Shown: positions 33,911-42,943 of the stretch, in pieces
Position numbering within the stretch: the first letter of the stretch is position 1
Layout: the number at the start of each line of letters is the position of its first letter
DNA from: an uncultured Candidatus Saccharibacteria bacterium
Lineage (GTDB): Bacteria > Patescibacteriota > Minisyncoccia > Phycocordibacterales > DATDWN01
Reading direction: 5' to 3'
Assembly: GCA_964576615.1 (NCBI GenBank)
Contig: CAZNUU010000002.1
Span: 27,428-91,427 of the forward strand
Length of the DNA: 64,000 bases
Translations under genes and position numbers: made by a program
Notes under the pieces: model-generated
Told to the model about the DNA's origin: nothing
The model's input: the letters and a program-made list of their open reading frames with translations, nothing else
The model's database searches: none

Positions 33911-34015
33911 ATATTTAAATTATACACCAAATATAGACGTTCCGTCTGGCAAATTAATACAAAAATTTGTTGTCTAAAGATTTTTCATTATAATGTTTCT
34001 TAGAGGAGGAGGCTA

Positions 34016-34756
34016 ATGCGACATACGCAACGCGGCCTCTTCCACGGAAGAGGCAAAAGAAACTTCAACGGCTGGCTGCCTGGGATGGACACCAAGATCA
34101 AAGACGGAGGGCGGTTTGGGGAAGGCTTGATCCAACATCTTTTGGGAGGAAGGCAGAGTGAGTCAGCTAGCTCGGGAGAGGCAGACATCTGGCGAGAGGA
34201 CCTTGATCTCGGTATCGAGGTTAAGACTCACTCAAACACAGATCCTCTGCGGATCCCGGAGAGTCAACTCGACTCACATCTGGATATCTGTCAGTGCGGC
34301 TTCCCGTATTCCTATTGCTGGTATGCCATCGTCAAATACAGAAACATTAGACGAGGAGATGGATACCTCTTTCAAGCCAGTTCTGGATCACAAGAGAAAA
34401 CAGAACTGTTCTTGAAAGAAAACACGACAGCGGTTTATGTTCTCGACATCTCTGTCGTCGACGCAATCAGGAAATTTCGGGGAAACTGTATCCGAATGTG
34501 GCGAAGCCACGAGCATCAAGCCGCCGTTCGGATCAGGTGGAGCTACTTGCGAGAATTCGAAGTCTCACCCAAAGAAGCCTTGGCGCTCCTAAACCTAGAC
34601 CCTCGAAACTATCGAGCGGAGGCAAGGAGTGTACAGGTTTCTTTAGGCGGCACCTTCATGCAGTTCCCCTTCGTTCTCTGCGTTCATCGGAAATCGCTGG
34701 GAAGAGCTCACAGAAAAAAACAGCTCAACCTCTTTCCGATAGAGGAGAAAAGCTAA
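34016..34756 (+). CDS. Hypothetical protein, GC-rich single-gene cassette 5 (possible PD-(D/E)xK-type nuclease motif D..EVK)
   Basis: SD GAGGAGGAGG, GC3 ~60% against ~35% for neighbours, EDLDLGIEVKT motif. Followed by a strong terminator. Confidence 0.4.
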   Translation: MRHTQRGLFHGRGKRNFNGWLPGMDTKIKDGGRFGEGLIQHLLGGRQSESASSGEADIWREDLDLGIEVKTHSNTDPLRIPESQLDSHLDICQCGFPYSYCWYAIVKYRNIRRGDGYLFQASSGSQEKTELFLKENTTAVYVLDISVVDAIRKFRGNCIRMWRSHEHQAAVRIRWSYLREFEVSPKEALALLNLDPRNYRAEARSVQVSLGGTFMQFPFVLCVHRKSLGRAHRKKQLNLFPIEEKS

Positions 34757-34761
34757 ACACC

Positions 34762-34800
34762 TCACTTGCTTGCGTAAGTGAGGTGTTCGATTTTTTCTTA
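34762..34800. terminator. Rho-independent terminator (aacacctcactt-gcttgcgt-aagtgaggtgtt + T-run), bidirectional
   Basis: 12-bp stem, TTTTTT downstream. Lies between convergent genes. Confidence 0.7.
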
Positions 34801-34806
34801 TTTAGA

Positions 34807-35478
34807 TTATTTCTTTGCTTCCTTAACTGGTGCGGGTGCTGGAGCTTCAGCTTCACCCTCCTCTTCTTTCTTGCCTTTCTTCTCGACTTCAATTGTTGAT
34901 AGATCAACTGGTGCTTCTTCCTCGATTTTTTCTTCACGTGGTGGTGTAGCTGCAGCAACAACCTGTGTTGGCATCTCCTTTAACTCAACTCCTGTTGGCA
35001 ACTTTACATCACCAGCTAAAATTTGACTGTTAAAATCAACCAAACTAGAGATATCAACTTCAATTTGGTGTGGGATATGCATCGGATCAGCTGAAATTTT
35101 TAGTTCATGCAGAGACTTAACGAATGAACCCCCCAAGTCCTTAACCGCAGGTGAAACGCCGACGAATTCAAGTGGCACAGAAACATCAACTTTCTTACCT
35201 TTTTCAAAGACATAAAAATCAGCATGTCGTGGCACATCTGTGACCGGATCTAGGTCAACCTCGTGAATCAGTGTATCAAATGAACCCTTTGGACTCTTAA
35301 GTGTTACAACTGTAGATTCCCCTGCCACATGCCAAGCGTGTATAAATTCCTTTTTGGAAATAGAAATTGGAGTAGATTCTGTTTTTTTGCCATACAAAAC
35401 AGCCGGCATTTTGCCTTCCTCTCTAAGATTTTCTAGATTTTGCGATTTATCTCGCAGTTCAATATCCAAAGTTAACAT
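34807..35478 (-). CDS. rplY: 50S ribosomal protein L25 / general stress protein Ctc form, with Glu/Lys/Ala-rich tail
   Basis: MLTLDIELRD...PAVLYGKK...VDLDPV L25 motifs. Confidence 0.85.
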   Translation of the reverse strand: MLTLDIELRDKSQNLENLREEGKMPAVLYGKKTESTPISISKKEFIHAWHVAGESTVVTLKSPKGSFDTLIHEVDLDPVTDVPRHADFYVFEKGKKVDVSVPLEFVGVSPAVKDLGGSFVKSLHELKISADPMHIPHQIEVDISSLVDFNSQILAGDVKLPTGVELKEMPTQVVAAATPPREEKIEEEAPVDLSTIEVEKKGKKEEEGEAEAPAPAPVKEAKK

Positions 35479-35545
35479 TGCGCTAGTATATAGAAAAGAG
35501 TTTAAAAAATCAACTTATTAGGATTCCGTTGAGCCGTATCTTGAA

Positions 35546-35620
35546 AAAAGCCTTTCGCAGGTGAGAAGCGAAGGCGACGAGAAGTTCGCTGGGCGAGCCC
35601 GCCCAGATAGATTGCTTTTT
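35546..35620. repeat. Repeat family A, copy 3 (with 5-nt internal insertion)
   Basis: aagcctttcgcaggtgagaagcgaaggcgacgagaagttcgctgggcgagcccgcccagatagattgctttt. Confidence 0.85.
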
Positions 35621-35644
35621 GAAAGATATGGCGAGTAAGGAATC

Positions 35645-36511
35645 CTACAAATTATTAAAGAATCTAAGTTTCTTCTCAACCACATCCTGCACTGCCTTAA
35701 CTGCTGGTTTTAAAAACTTGTATGGTGCAACTTCGTCTGGATTCTCTAGGAGACCTTTTTGTAACCCTTGTTTGTAAGCTAGCCTTATTTCAGTGTTTAT
35801 GTGAACAATTGAGATGCCGTTTGCAATACTGCCTTTAAAATCTTCCTCCGAATTACCTGAACCGCCATGAAGTACAAGTGGAATACCAACTGCCCCTTTA
35901 ATTTGTTTAACTCTTTCGACGTTTAATTTTGGATCTACTCCCGAGCGAAGCATGCCGTGAAAATTTCCCACCGCCGGTGCTAGCATATCTACCCCAGTTT
36001 CAGTTACAAACTCTCTGGCTTTTTCGGGATTTGTTAAAGACTCTTCATCTAGTTTGACTCCCTCCGGAATTGCATCTAGAACTTTGGAAGATGTGCCGAT
36101 GTAACCGAGCTCCCCCTCTACGATTACTTCTGGATTAGTTTTACGTGCGTATTCCACACACATCTTGGTAACTTTGACATTTTCTTCAAAGGAGAGTTTG
36201 GATCCATCATAAATAACTGAATCTACTCCCGCATTTATGGCTTCTACGACTCGTTCAAAAGAATAAGTGTGATCCGCATTTATATAAATCGGATATTGAA
36301 ATTCTTCGCGCACACTTTTGACCAACGCCACAGCTTGATTCAGGCCGATAAAATCTCTCTCTCCCTCTGAAACACCTATGATCACGGGAACATTTAAACC
36401 TTGAGCCGCCTTAAATACTCCCCATAAACCTTCGACATTAGAAATATTGAAATGGCCTACTGCAACTTTATTTCTCTCTGCTTCTTTAACACATTCCCGA
36501 AGAGTTTTCAT
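35645..36511 (-). CDS. fba: Class II fructose-bisphosphate aldolase
   Basis: VGHFNISN...HGGSG...class II FBA/tagatose-bisphosphate aldolase motifs. Confidence 0.9.
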   Translation of the reverse strand: MKTLRECVKEAERNKVAVGHFNISNVEGLWGVFKAAQGLNVPVIIGVSEGERDFIGLNQAVALVKSVREEFQYPIYINADHTYSFERVVEAINAGVDSVIYDGSKLSFEENVKVTKMCVEYARKTNPEVIVEGELGYIGTSSKVLDAIPEGVKLDEESLTNPEKAREFVTETGVDMLAPAVGNFHGMLRSGVDPKLNVERVKQIKGAVGIPLVLHGGSGNSEEDFKGSIANGISIVHINTEIRLAYKQGLQKGLLENPDEVAPYKFLKPAVKAVQDVVEKKLRFFNNL

Positions 36512-36559
36512 TTAAAATAATTGTAGCATATCTCTGAGTTCGCGTGCTATAATTTTTAC

Positions 36560-37549
36560 ATGAAAAATATTGACATTCTGGCTATCGGCGATGTGGTGAT
36601 TGATGCTTTTATTAAACTCCAAGATGCGAAGTTAAATGAAGACAAAACCGAATTATGTATCCGTTACGGCGATAAAGTTCCTTATGAGTCAGTTGAAGTC
36701 TGTTATGCGGTCGGAAATAGTGCAAATGCCGCTGTTTCTAGCTCGAGGCTAGGCCTAAATTCTGCGCTTTATGCCTATGTTGGTGGGGATCACAATGGCG
36801 AAGAATGTATAAATTCACTAAAAAAAGACGGAGTGGAGACAAAATATGTTCATGTAGATAATGAAAACAAGACAAACTACCACTATGTCCTTTGGTACGA
36901 TGTGGATAGGACTATTCTAGTTAAGCACGAGCATTTTAAATATGACTTCCAAATTGAGGACACTCCAAAATGGATTTATTTGAGCTCTCTTGGTGACAAT
37001 ACATTTGATTTTCAAATGCAGATAATGGATTACCTCGAAAGCCATCCGGAAGTAAAGCTGGCTTTCCAACCTGGCACATTTCAAATAAAAATGGGCGCAA
37101 AAGAGCTAGAGAGAATTTATAAAAGATCAGATATTTTCTTCTGTAATGTAGAAGAAGCTCAGCATATTTTAGGAGAAAGTTCGCGTGACTTAAAAACACT
37201 TCTTTCGGGAGTAAACAAACTGGGACCAAAAATGGTTGTCATTACGGATGGGTTTGATGGCGCTTATGTGTTCGACCCACCTGCGCAGGCAGGGAATGGC
37301 AAATATGTTTTTATGCCTGTTTATCCGCATACTCCTTTTGAGAGAACAGGGGCGGGAGATGCTTTTGCATCCACATTTGTGGCTTGTATAGCAATGGGTA
37401 AATCACTAGATGACGCCATAAGATGGGCACCTATAAACGGCATGTCCGTAACTCAACAAGTCGGCGCTCAAAAAGGATTACTCACGCCTGAAAAAATTGA
37501 GGAATTTCTTGCAAAAGCTCCGGCAGAATATCAATTGAAAGAAATATAA
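36560..37549 (+). CDS. PfkB-family sugar kinase (possible phosphofructokinase/ribokinase-like)
   Basis: TGAGDAF motif and N-terminal GDVVID. TATAAT -10 ends 9 nt before ATG. Confidence 0.8.
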   Translation: MKNIDILAIGDVVIDAFIKLQDAKLNEDKTELCIRYGDKVPYESVEVCYAVGNSANAAVSSSRLGLNSALYAYVGGDHNGEECINSLKKDGVETKYVHVDNENKTNYHYVLWYDVDRTILVKHEHFKYDFQIEDTPKWIYLSSLGDNTFDFQMQIMDYLESHPEVKLAFQPGTFQIKMGAKELERIYKRSDIFFCNVEEAQHILGESSRDLKTLLSGVNKLGPKMVVITDGFDGAYVFDPPAQAGNGKYVFMPVYPHTPFERTGAGDAFASTFVACIAMGKSLDDAIRWAPINGMSVTQQVGAQKGLLTPEKIEEFLAKAPAEYQLKEI

Positions 37550-37555
37550 AAGCGA

Positions 37556-37588
37556 ACGCCCGTGCAGTGTTAGTGCACGGGCGTAGAA
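37556..37588. terminator. Bidirectional terminator cgcccgtgcagtgttagtgcacgggcg
   Basis: Perfect 10-bp GC stem between convergent genes. Confidence 0.65.
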
Positions 37589-37591
37589 GAA

Positions 37592-38110
37592 CTAGGCCGA
37601 CTTTTTTCCTCTGGGTAAATAGGCGCGATAGTCCCCATCCTTTACCTGAACGAGCCTTGGGAAGGTTGAAGCTAGATTTTTGAAATTGAGGAAACTACGG
37701 TATGCAGTGGCCTCCTCATCAACCAACTGGGCCTTCACCCTATCAAAATCGTCCTTAGTCCTGCCTAAAGCAGCAAGTCCTCCTTGTCTGAAACGCTCGA
37801 GGGTGTCGACGGCATCTTGATAACTTTGGGCCTTTAGACCCAACTGTTGATCAACCTCTTCTTGAAGAACCTCCTGCCTCGAGAAACAGTTGTAAAAAAC
37901 CTCCATCTCCCGCCAGTTTCCATACGCGCGGTCGAGCTCACTTCTCTTTCTCAGGATGTAGAGAGAAAGGGAAGCTAGGGCGCCGCCGAGAAAAGCAACG
38001 AACGCGAGCAAGATGTACGGGTGAACCAAGTTCCTCTCCGGTCCGGCAAGCCGAACCATGAGCATGGATGAGACGAGCGCGCTGAGCACGAATAAGCCAG
38101 TGTAGGCCAT
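37592..38110 (-). CDS. Hypothetical 2-TM membrane protein with ~110 aa soluble domain, GC-rich cassette 6
   Basis: 172 aa, GC3-rich. Possible distant similarity to 8078-8458 and 11008-11367 (TM + W/E/Y..A..F..R motifs) is weak. Confidence 0.45.
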   Translation of the reverse strand: MAYTGLFVLSALVSSMLMVRLAGPERNLVHPYILLAFVAFLGGALASLSLYILRKRSELDRAYGNWREMEVFYNCFSRQEVLQEEVDQQLGLKAQSYQDAVDTLERFRQGGLAALGRTKDDFDRVKAQLVDEEATAYRSFLNFKNLASTFPRLVQVKDGDYRAYLPRGKKSA

Positions 38111-38263
38111 AACTCACCTATCTTCCCCACAACTCGGGTAATCCAAGTTGGTAGGACATCGTCCATGGGGAGTTTTCTCCCTTAATTAAAATCTTTTAAA
38201 GACAAAAGTCAATTGCTATCCGTTATATAAAACTTCAGCGCGGATTTCTCCGCGCCGAAAAGT

Positions 38264-38614
38264 CTAGTACATCTCTTCCCTGATTCTAGAGAGCTCGAGG
38301 ATCACGGAAGGATCCGTGATTTTCTGGAATCGTGGAATAGTTTGTCCGTCCTTCTCCACTTCCCCCATCCACATCTCGAGTGGTCTGCCGTCGAAACAAG
38401 GCACGCCAAGCTCTTTTGAGGCCTTGTAGACCGACGACTCATAAAGTGGGATGTAACTCACGAAGTGCTCTTCCCCAGGGCGTGGATGATCTTCTGTGTG
38501 AAATATTACGCCAATAACCTCGTAGGCGTAGTTGTTCACGGGACCTGCGGGGTCATGCTTGTAGTGATAGTAGAACCCTACTTCTGGAACTTGCTTGGGC
38601 ATTGGTAGCGCCAT
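38264..38614 (-). CDS. Hypothetical protein, GC-rich cassette 6
   Basis: Start set to MALPMPKQVPEVGFYYHYKHD with SD GAGAGGAGAG. The upstream part of the track ORF overlaps tkt. Terminator gcgcgga-tttc-tccgcgc at 38232-38255. Confidence 0.4.
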   Translation of the reverse strand: MALPMPKQVPEVGFYYHYKHDPAGPVNNYAYEVIGVIFHTEDHPRPGEEHFVSYIPLYESSVYKASKELGVPCFDGRPLEMWMGEVEKDGQTIPRFQKITDPSVILELSRIREEMY

Positions 38615-38663
38615 AACTCTCCTCTCTAAAATTAATCTAGCTAATTTAGTAATTAAAAACAAG

Positions 38664-39659
38664 TCAAACTTTTCTTGACATAACTTTCTTTGCCGCAGAG
38701 AGAATGTGCGACTCACCCATGCCGTAATGCTCCAAAAGTTCCTCTTGCTTACCGGACTGTCCAAACTTGTCTTGCACCCCGATAAATTCGATCGGCACTG
38801 GGAAATTTGCTGACAGAACTTCTGAAACTGCACTCCCGAGCCCGCCCGCGACTTGATGCTCCTCAACTGTTACTACGGCCCTGCAAGATTTGGCTAAATC
38901 AAGTAAAGATTTTGAATCAATTGGTTTTATCGTGGAGATATTTAAAACCTTGGCATGTATACCTTCTTTTTTTAATTGCTCTGCAACTTTTAATGCCTTA
39001 TAAACGAGAGCACCAGTTGCTACAATTCCCACATCAGCTTTTTCGTCTTTGTCCCCATAATAAATTTGTGCCTTGCCAAAATCGAACGGTGATTCTTCTG
39101 TTGTAATAACTGGAGTTTTTTCACGAGCAAGACGAATATAAACAGGTTTATTTAGTGTAGCTGCAACAATTGTTGCTTTCTTTGCTTCAATAGAATCACA
39201 CGGCGAGATGACGATCATGTTTGGCATAACTCGGGTAATAGCAATGTCCTCAATAGCTTGGTGAGTTCCACCATCGGCACCAACGGAGACCCCCGCGTGA
39301 GAACCCGCAATTATCACTGGCCTATCGTTATACGCAATCGTCGTTCTTATCTGTTCCCAATTTCTACCAGGTGAAAACATGGCGTAACTTGAGATGTAAG
39401 GAATCTTGCCCATTGCCGCCATACCACTTGCAACTGCAGCTAAGTTTTGTTCTGCGACACCAATTTGAATAAAACGCTCCGGGAATTTGTCTGCAAATAA
39501 ATTCATTTTGGTCGATTCGGTTAAATCTGCGCAAAGTCCTACAACATTTTTATTTTGTTCACCCACTTCCAAAAGTCCTTGGCCAAATCCAGCCCTAATG
39601 GGCACTTGCTCTACGCCATCAAACAATTTCGGATTTAATTTTTGATTTGTGTTTAGCAT
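38664..39659 (-). CDS. Transketolase, C-terminal subunit (split transketolase)
   Basis: 331 aa pyrimidine-binding/C-terminal domains. Confidence 0.9.
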   Translation of the reverse strand: MLNTNQKLNPKLFDGVEQVPIRAGFGQGLLEVGEQNKNVVGLCADLTESTKMNLFADKFPERFIQIGVAEQNLAAVASGMAAMGKIPYISSYAMFSPGRNWEQIRTTIAYNDRPVIIAGSHAGVSVGADGGTHQAIEDIAITRVMPNMIVISPCDSIEAKKATIVAATLNKPVYIRLAREKTPVITTEESPFDFGKAQIYYGDKDEKADVGIVATGALVYKALKVAEQLKKEGIHAKVLNISTIKPIDSKSLLDLAKSCRAVVTVEEHQVAGGLGSAVSEVLSANFPVPIEFIGVQDKFGQSGKQEELLEHYGMGESHILSAAKKVMSRKV

Positions 39660-39677
39660 AATTTTTTAACAAACATT

Positions 39678-40577
39678 TTACTCATGTTCGCTTGTTATTT
39701 GCCCACCAAGTGTCCTTAACTCTCGCAAAGCAATTTTGGCTTGCTCGTCCTTTGGTGGCTCGCCTTTCATTTCTGTCCCCGGTGGTGAGCCATGCCACTT
39801 ATAATCCCTTTCCATAAAATCAACTCCCTTCCCAGGAATAGTCCTCGCAATAATTATAGACGGCCCATCAAAAACCGCCTGAGCACGTGCAACCGCGGAG
39901 ACAATTTCTTGGTAATCATGGCCGTTTATTTCTTGCACATGCCAATTAAAAGCCTCTAATTTATGATTTATGGGATCAAGCGGCATGACATCTTCTGTAT
40001 TGCCCTCGATCTGAATATTATTTCGATCCATTATGACAATGAGATTGCCGAGTTTGTGTTTTGCCGCAAGCATAGCTGCTTCCCAACTATTGCCCTCTTG
40101 CCATTCCGCATCAGAAGTAAGGCAATAAAAAAATCTATCCGATGTTTTGCCTCTATCCATCCTATCGGCTAGCGCCATTCCCACTGCTTGAGAAAGCCCG
40201 CAACCCAGCGGCCCGGAACTAGTCTCCAGCATCGGCAAATACTCTCTGTGCGGATGGCCTTGTAGGCGCGAACCAAATTTCCGAAGAGTCAAAAGTTCGG
40301 AAACAGGAAAGTACCCACTATGAGCCATGGTGGAATACAAAACAGGGTTAATATGGCCATTAGATAAAACTAACCTGTCGCGCTCCGGCCAAGAAGGATT
40401 TTTGGGATCATGGCGTAAAATAAAAAAATAAAGCGTTGCAAAAATATCCGCCATGCCTAGTGGACCGGCAGAGTGCCCCGATCCAGCAGCTACAAGCATT
40501 TCAATAATAGAGATACGGATTTGCTTAGCTTTTTCCGTAAGAAACTTTAAATTTTCATCTGTTAAGTTACTTGTCAT
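39678..40577 (-). CDS. Transketolase, N-terminal (TPP-binding) subunit
   Basis: 299 aa, TPP-binding GDG-type motif region. Confidence 0.9.
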   Translation of the reverse strand: MTSNLTDENLKFLTEKAKQIRISIIEMLVAAGSGHSAGPLGMADIFATLYFFILRHDPKNPSWPERDRLVLSNGHINPVLYSTMAHSGYFPVSELLTLRKFGSRLQGHPHREYLPMLETSSGPLGCGLSQAVGMALADRMDRGKTSDRFFYCLTSDAEWQEGNSWEAAMLAAKHKLGNLIVIMDRNNIQIEGNTEDVMPLDPINHKLEAFNWHVQEINGHDYQEIVSAVARAQAVFDGPSIIIARTIPGKGVDFMERDYKWHGSPPGTEMKGEPPKDEQAKIALRELRTLGGQITSEHE

Positions 40578-41247
40578 TGAAATGTTCTAGGCGATAAAAT
40601 TCCTCCTCCGGATTTGCCGCATTTAAAATAGCTCCACCGGAGACCAACTTATCTGCCCCGGCAGATACCAAGAGATCTTCAGTCTCTTCAATTACTCCAA
40701 TATCAATACTAATTATACGTTCGGGATAGAGAGCCTGCAACGATTTGATTTTCTCGACAGCTTTAGGGTCCAAATGAACCCCGTGCCTCCCCAACGAGTC
40801 AGACCCCATGACTTGGATAAAATCTACCCGAGTCACGAGTGGTTTTATCTTTTCGATATCAGTTGAGGGCTTGATAGCAACACCAACCGATACATCATTT
40901 TCACGACAAAGATCAATTACTTTTTGAAAATTTTCTGTCGCTTCAATATGAGCCACAATACTGGATACTCCTGTACGAACCCAATTAGAAATAATATTCT
41001 CGGGAGATTTGACCATGAGATGTAGCTCAATATCGACCTCCTGCCAGCGAGGCCAACCGATATTTTCTTTTTTTAGGTCTTCGAAATAATCCTCGTCCTC
41101 CCCGTTATATGGCCAAGTCTTGATCGGTGTAAAAATCCCATCCGAAATATCTACCTGAACCAGGTTCGCGAAAGCAGCAACCTTATTTATTTCTTCTTCG
41201 AGCTGTTCCTTATTTTCGGGAATTATTGCTGGTACAACTTTAATCAT
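40567..41247 (-). CDS. rpe: Ribulose-phosphate 3-epimerase
   Basis: Rpe family with ~25 aa insertion. Overlaps the tkt start by 11 nt. Confidence 0.8.
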   Translation of the reverse strand: MIKVVPAIIPENKEQLEEEINKVAAFANLVQVDISDGIFTPIKTWPYNGEDEDYFEDLKKENIGWPRWQEVDIELHLMVKSPENIISNWVRTGVSSIVAHIEATENFQKVIDLCRENDVSVGVAIKPSTDIEKIKPLVTRVDFIQVMGSDSLGRHGVHLDPKAVEKIKSLQALYPERIISIDIGVIEETEDLLVSAGADKLVSGGAILNAANPEEEFYRLEHFNDK

Positions 41248-41260
41248 ATTTTACTGCTGA

Positions 41261-41423
41261 AATTTTTCTAATTTTATTATTTTTAGAACATCCGCAGGCC
41301 GCAAGCATGGTTCTGTCAACGTCCGAGCTTGCTTGGCTCATTGACAGATTGCGGCCGAGGACCGAATGAACCTTTTCGCTGGAAAAGATTCATGTTTCTA
41401 AAAATAATAAAATTAGAAAAATT
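41261..41423. repeat. 165-bp long hairpin/MITE-like palindrome between rpiB and rpe
   Basis: ~31-bp AT-rich terminal inverted repeat aatttttctaattttattatttttagaacat / atgtttctaaaaataataaaattagaaaaatt, enclosing GC-rich inner palindromes ggccgcaa/ttgcggcc and ctgtcaac/ttgacag. Confidence 0.75.
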
Positions 41424-41868
41424 AATCATACTTTTCAATCTTTTTAATTCTCCTCACGTGTCGCTCGTCCTCTGTAAATTGTGTCTTAAGCCACAATAGA
41501 ACTGCTTCTTTTGCTTCAGTTGTTGTAACGAAGTTAGCTCCGATTGCTAAAATATTCGCATCATTGTGCTCACGGGAAAGAGTAATTGTGTGTTTTGTTC
41601 CACCATAAAAAACTGCACAGCGCACATTTGGAAAACGATTGGCAACCATTGCCTCCCCCTGACCGGAGTAGCCCGCGACAATACCTTTTATTTTAGGATC
41701 TCTAGAGACGGCCTCGGCTACACGAGAAATATAGTCTGGGTAATCATCATCATGCTGATATTTTTCTGGACCACGATCGTAAACCTCGTAATTATTCTGT
41801 AAAAGAAAAGTTGTTAAATCTTGTTTTAACTGAAACCCGGCATGATCTGACGCGATATAAATCTTCAT
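41422..41868 (-). CDS. rpiB: Ribose-5-phosphate isomerase B
   Basis: MKIYIASDHAGFQLKQ. Confidence 0.9.
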   Translation of the reverse strand: MKIYIASDHAGFQLKQDLTTFLLQNNYEVYDRGPEKYQHDDDYPDYISRVAEAVSRDPKIKGIVAGYSGQGEAMVANRFPNVRCAVFYGGTKHTITLSREHNDANILAIGANFVTTTEAKEAVLLWLKTQFTEDERHVRRIKKIEKYD

Positions 41869-41872
41869 TCAT

Positions 41873-42892
41873 TTACAAATAACTTGCTGCCCTTAGAACA
41901 TGGTCTACCAAGGAGTTGGTATACCCGAATTCGTTATCGTACCAGGAATAAACTGCGCACAGATCCCCATCCGTCACATGAGTCAGAGCCAAATCAGCTA
42001 TGGCTGCGTGTGACTCCCCCATAATATCTGTGGAAACTAGCTGATCTCTGGTCGTCTTGAAAACTCCTTTCCACCTATCTTCTTTTGCTGCGGATTCTAA
42101 AATATTATTTATTTCTTCGACAGTAGTTTGTCTATTTGCCAAAAAGACGATCGCAGAGATTGAACCTGTTATAACTGGCACACGGAAAGCCACACCATCA
42201 AATTTGCCTAGTAAATCGTGCACGGCTCTTGTAACTGCCGTTGCCGCACCTGTGGTAGAAGGGGCAATGTTAACTGCTGCAGCTCTACCACGCCTAAAAT
42301 CGCTTCCTTTAGTTGGACTATCAGTTAAAGACTGCGTTGCTGTATAAGCATGCACAGTATTTAGAAAAGCTTTTTTGATTCCAAGTTTTTCTTCTAGGAT
42401 TTCCATGACCGGAGAAGCAGAGTTAGTGGTGCAAGAACCGTTTGAAGAAACCGAGCATGTTTTTAAATCATCTTCGTTTATCCCCATAAGTACAGTTTTG
42501 CAATCTCCAGAATCTTCATCCTTTGCTGGAGCGGTCAAAACTACCCTTTTTGCTCCAGCTTGTTTGTGAACCGATGCCTTCTCAAAACTTTCAAAGACTC
42601 CACTAGATTCCACTACAATATCTACCCCCAGACTCCCCCACGGAAGTTTGAGCGGATCTTTTTCCTGAAGAAAAGTCACCTCTCTACCATCCACAACTAA
42701 CTTGCCCTCTTTTACTTCAACTGATTTATTGAAACGACCATAAGCTGAATCGTATTTCAAAAGATAGGCCAGGTTATCTAAATTTCCTAGATCATTTATT
42801 GCTACGATCTCAAGCTCTGGCCTGGTTACGGCTAGTTTATAAAATGCCCTGCCAATCCTACCGAAACCATTAATCGCAATTTTTGCACTCAT
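41873..42892 (-). CDS. gap: Glyceraldehyde-3-phosphate dehydrogenase
   Basis: INGFGRIGR NAD-binding motif, SCTTN catalytic Cys. Confidence 0.9.
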   Translation of the reverse strand: MSAKIAINGFGRIGRAFYKLAVTRPELEIVAINDLGNLDNLAYLLKYDSAYGRFNKSVEVKEGKLVVDGREVTFLQEKDPLKLPWGSLGVDIVVESSGVFESFEKASVHKQAGAKRVVLTAPAKDEDSGDCKTVLMGINEDDLKTCSVSSNGSCTTNSASPVMEILEEKLGIKKAFLNTVHAYTATQSLTDSPTKGSDFRRGRAAAVNIAPSTTGAATAVTRAVHDLLGKFDGVAFRVPVITGSISAIVFLANRQTTVEEINNILESAAKEDRWKGVFKTTRDQLVSTDIMGESHAAIADLALTHVTDGDLCAVYSWYDNEFGYTNSLVDHVLRAASYL

Positions 42893-42943
42893 TTGTTTTG
42901 GATTATTTGTATATAAAAATTATATCAGATTTATTAAATTGTA

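Noticed and set aside
7630-38640. GC-rich segments as assembly chimeras or contamination
   Set aside because: Cassette boundaries coincide with terminators and intact flanking operons, and related GC-rich motifs also occur in-frame inside AT-rich essential genes. Read-level validation would still be needed.
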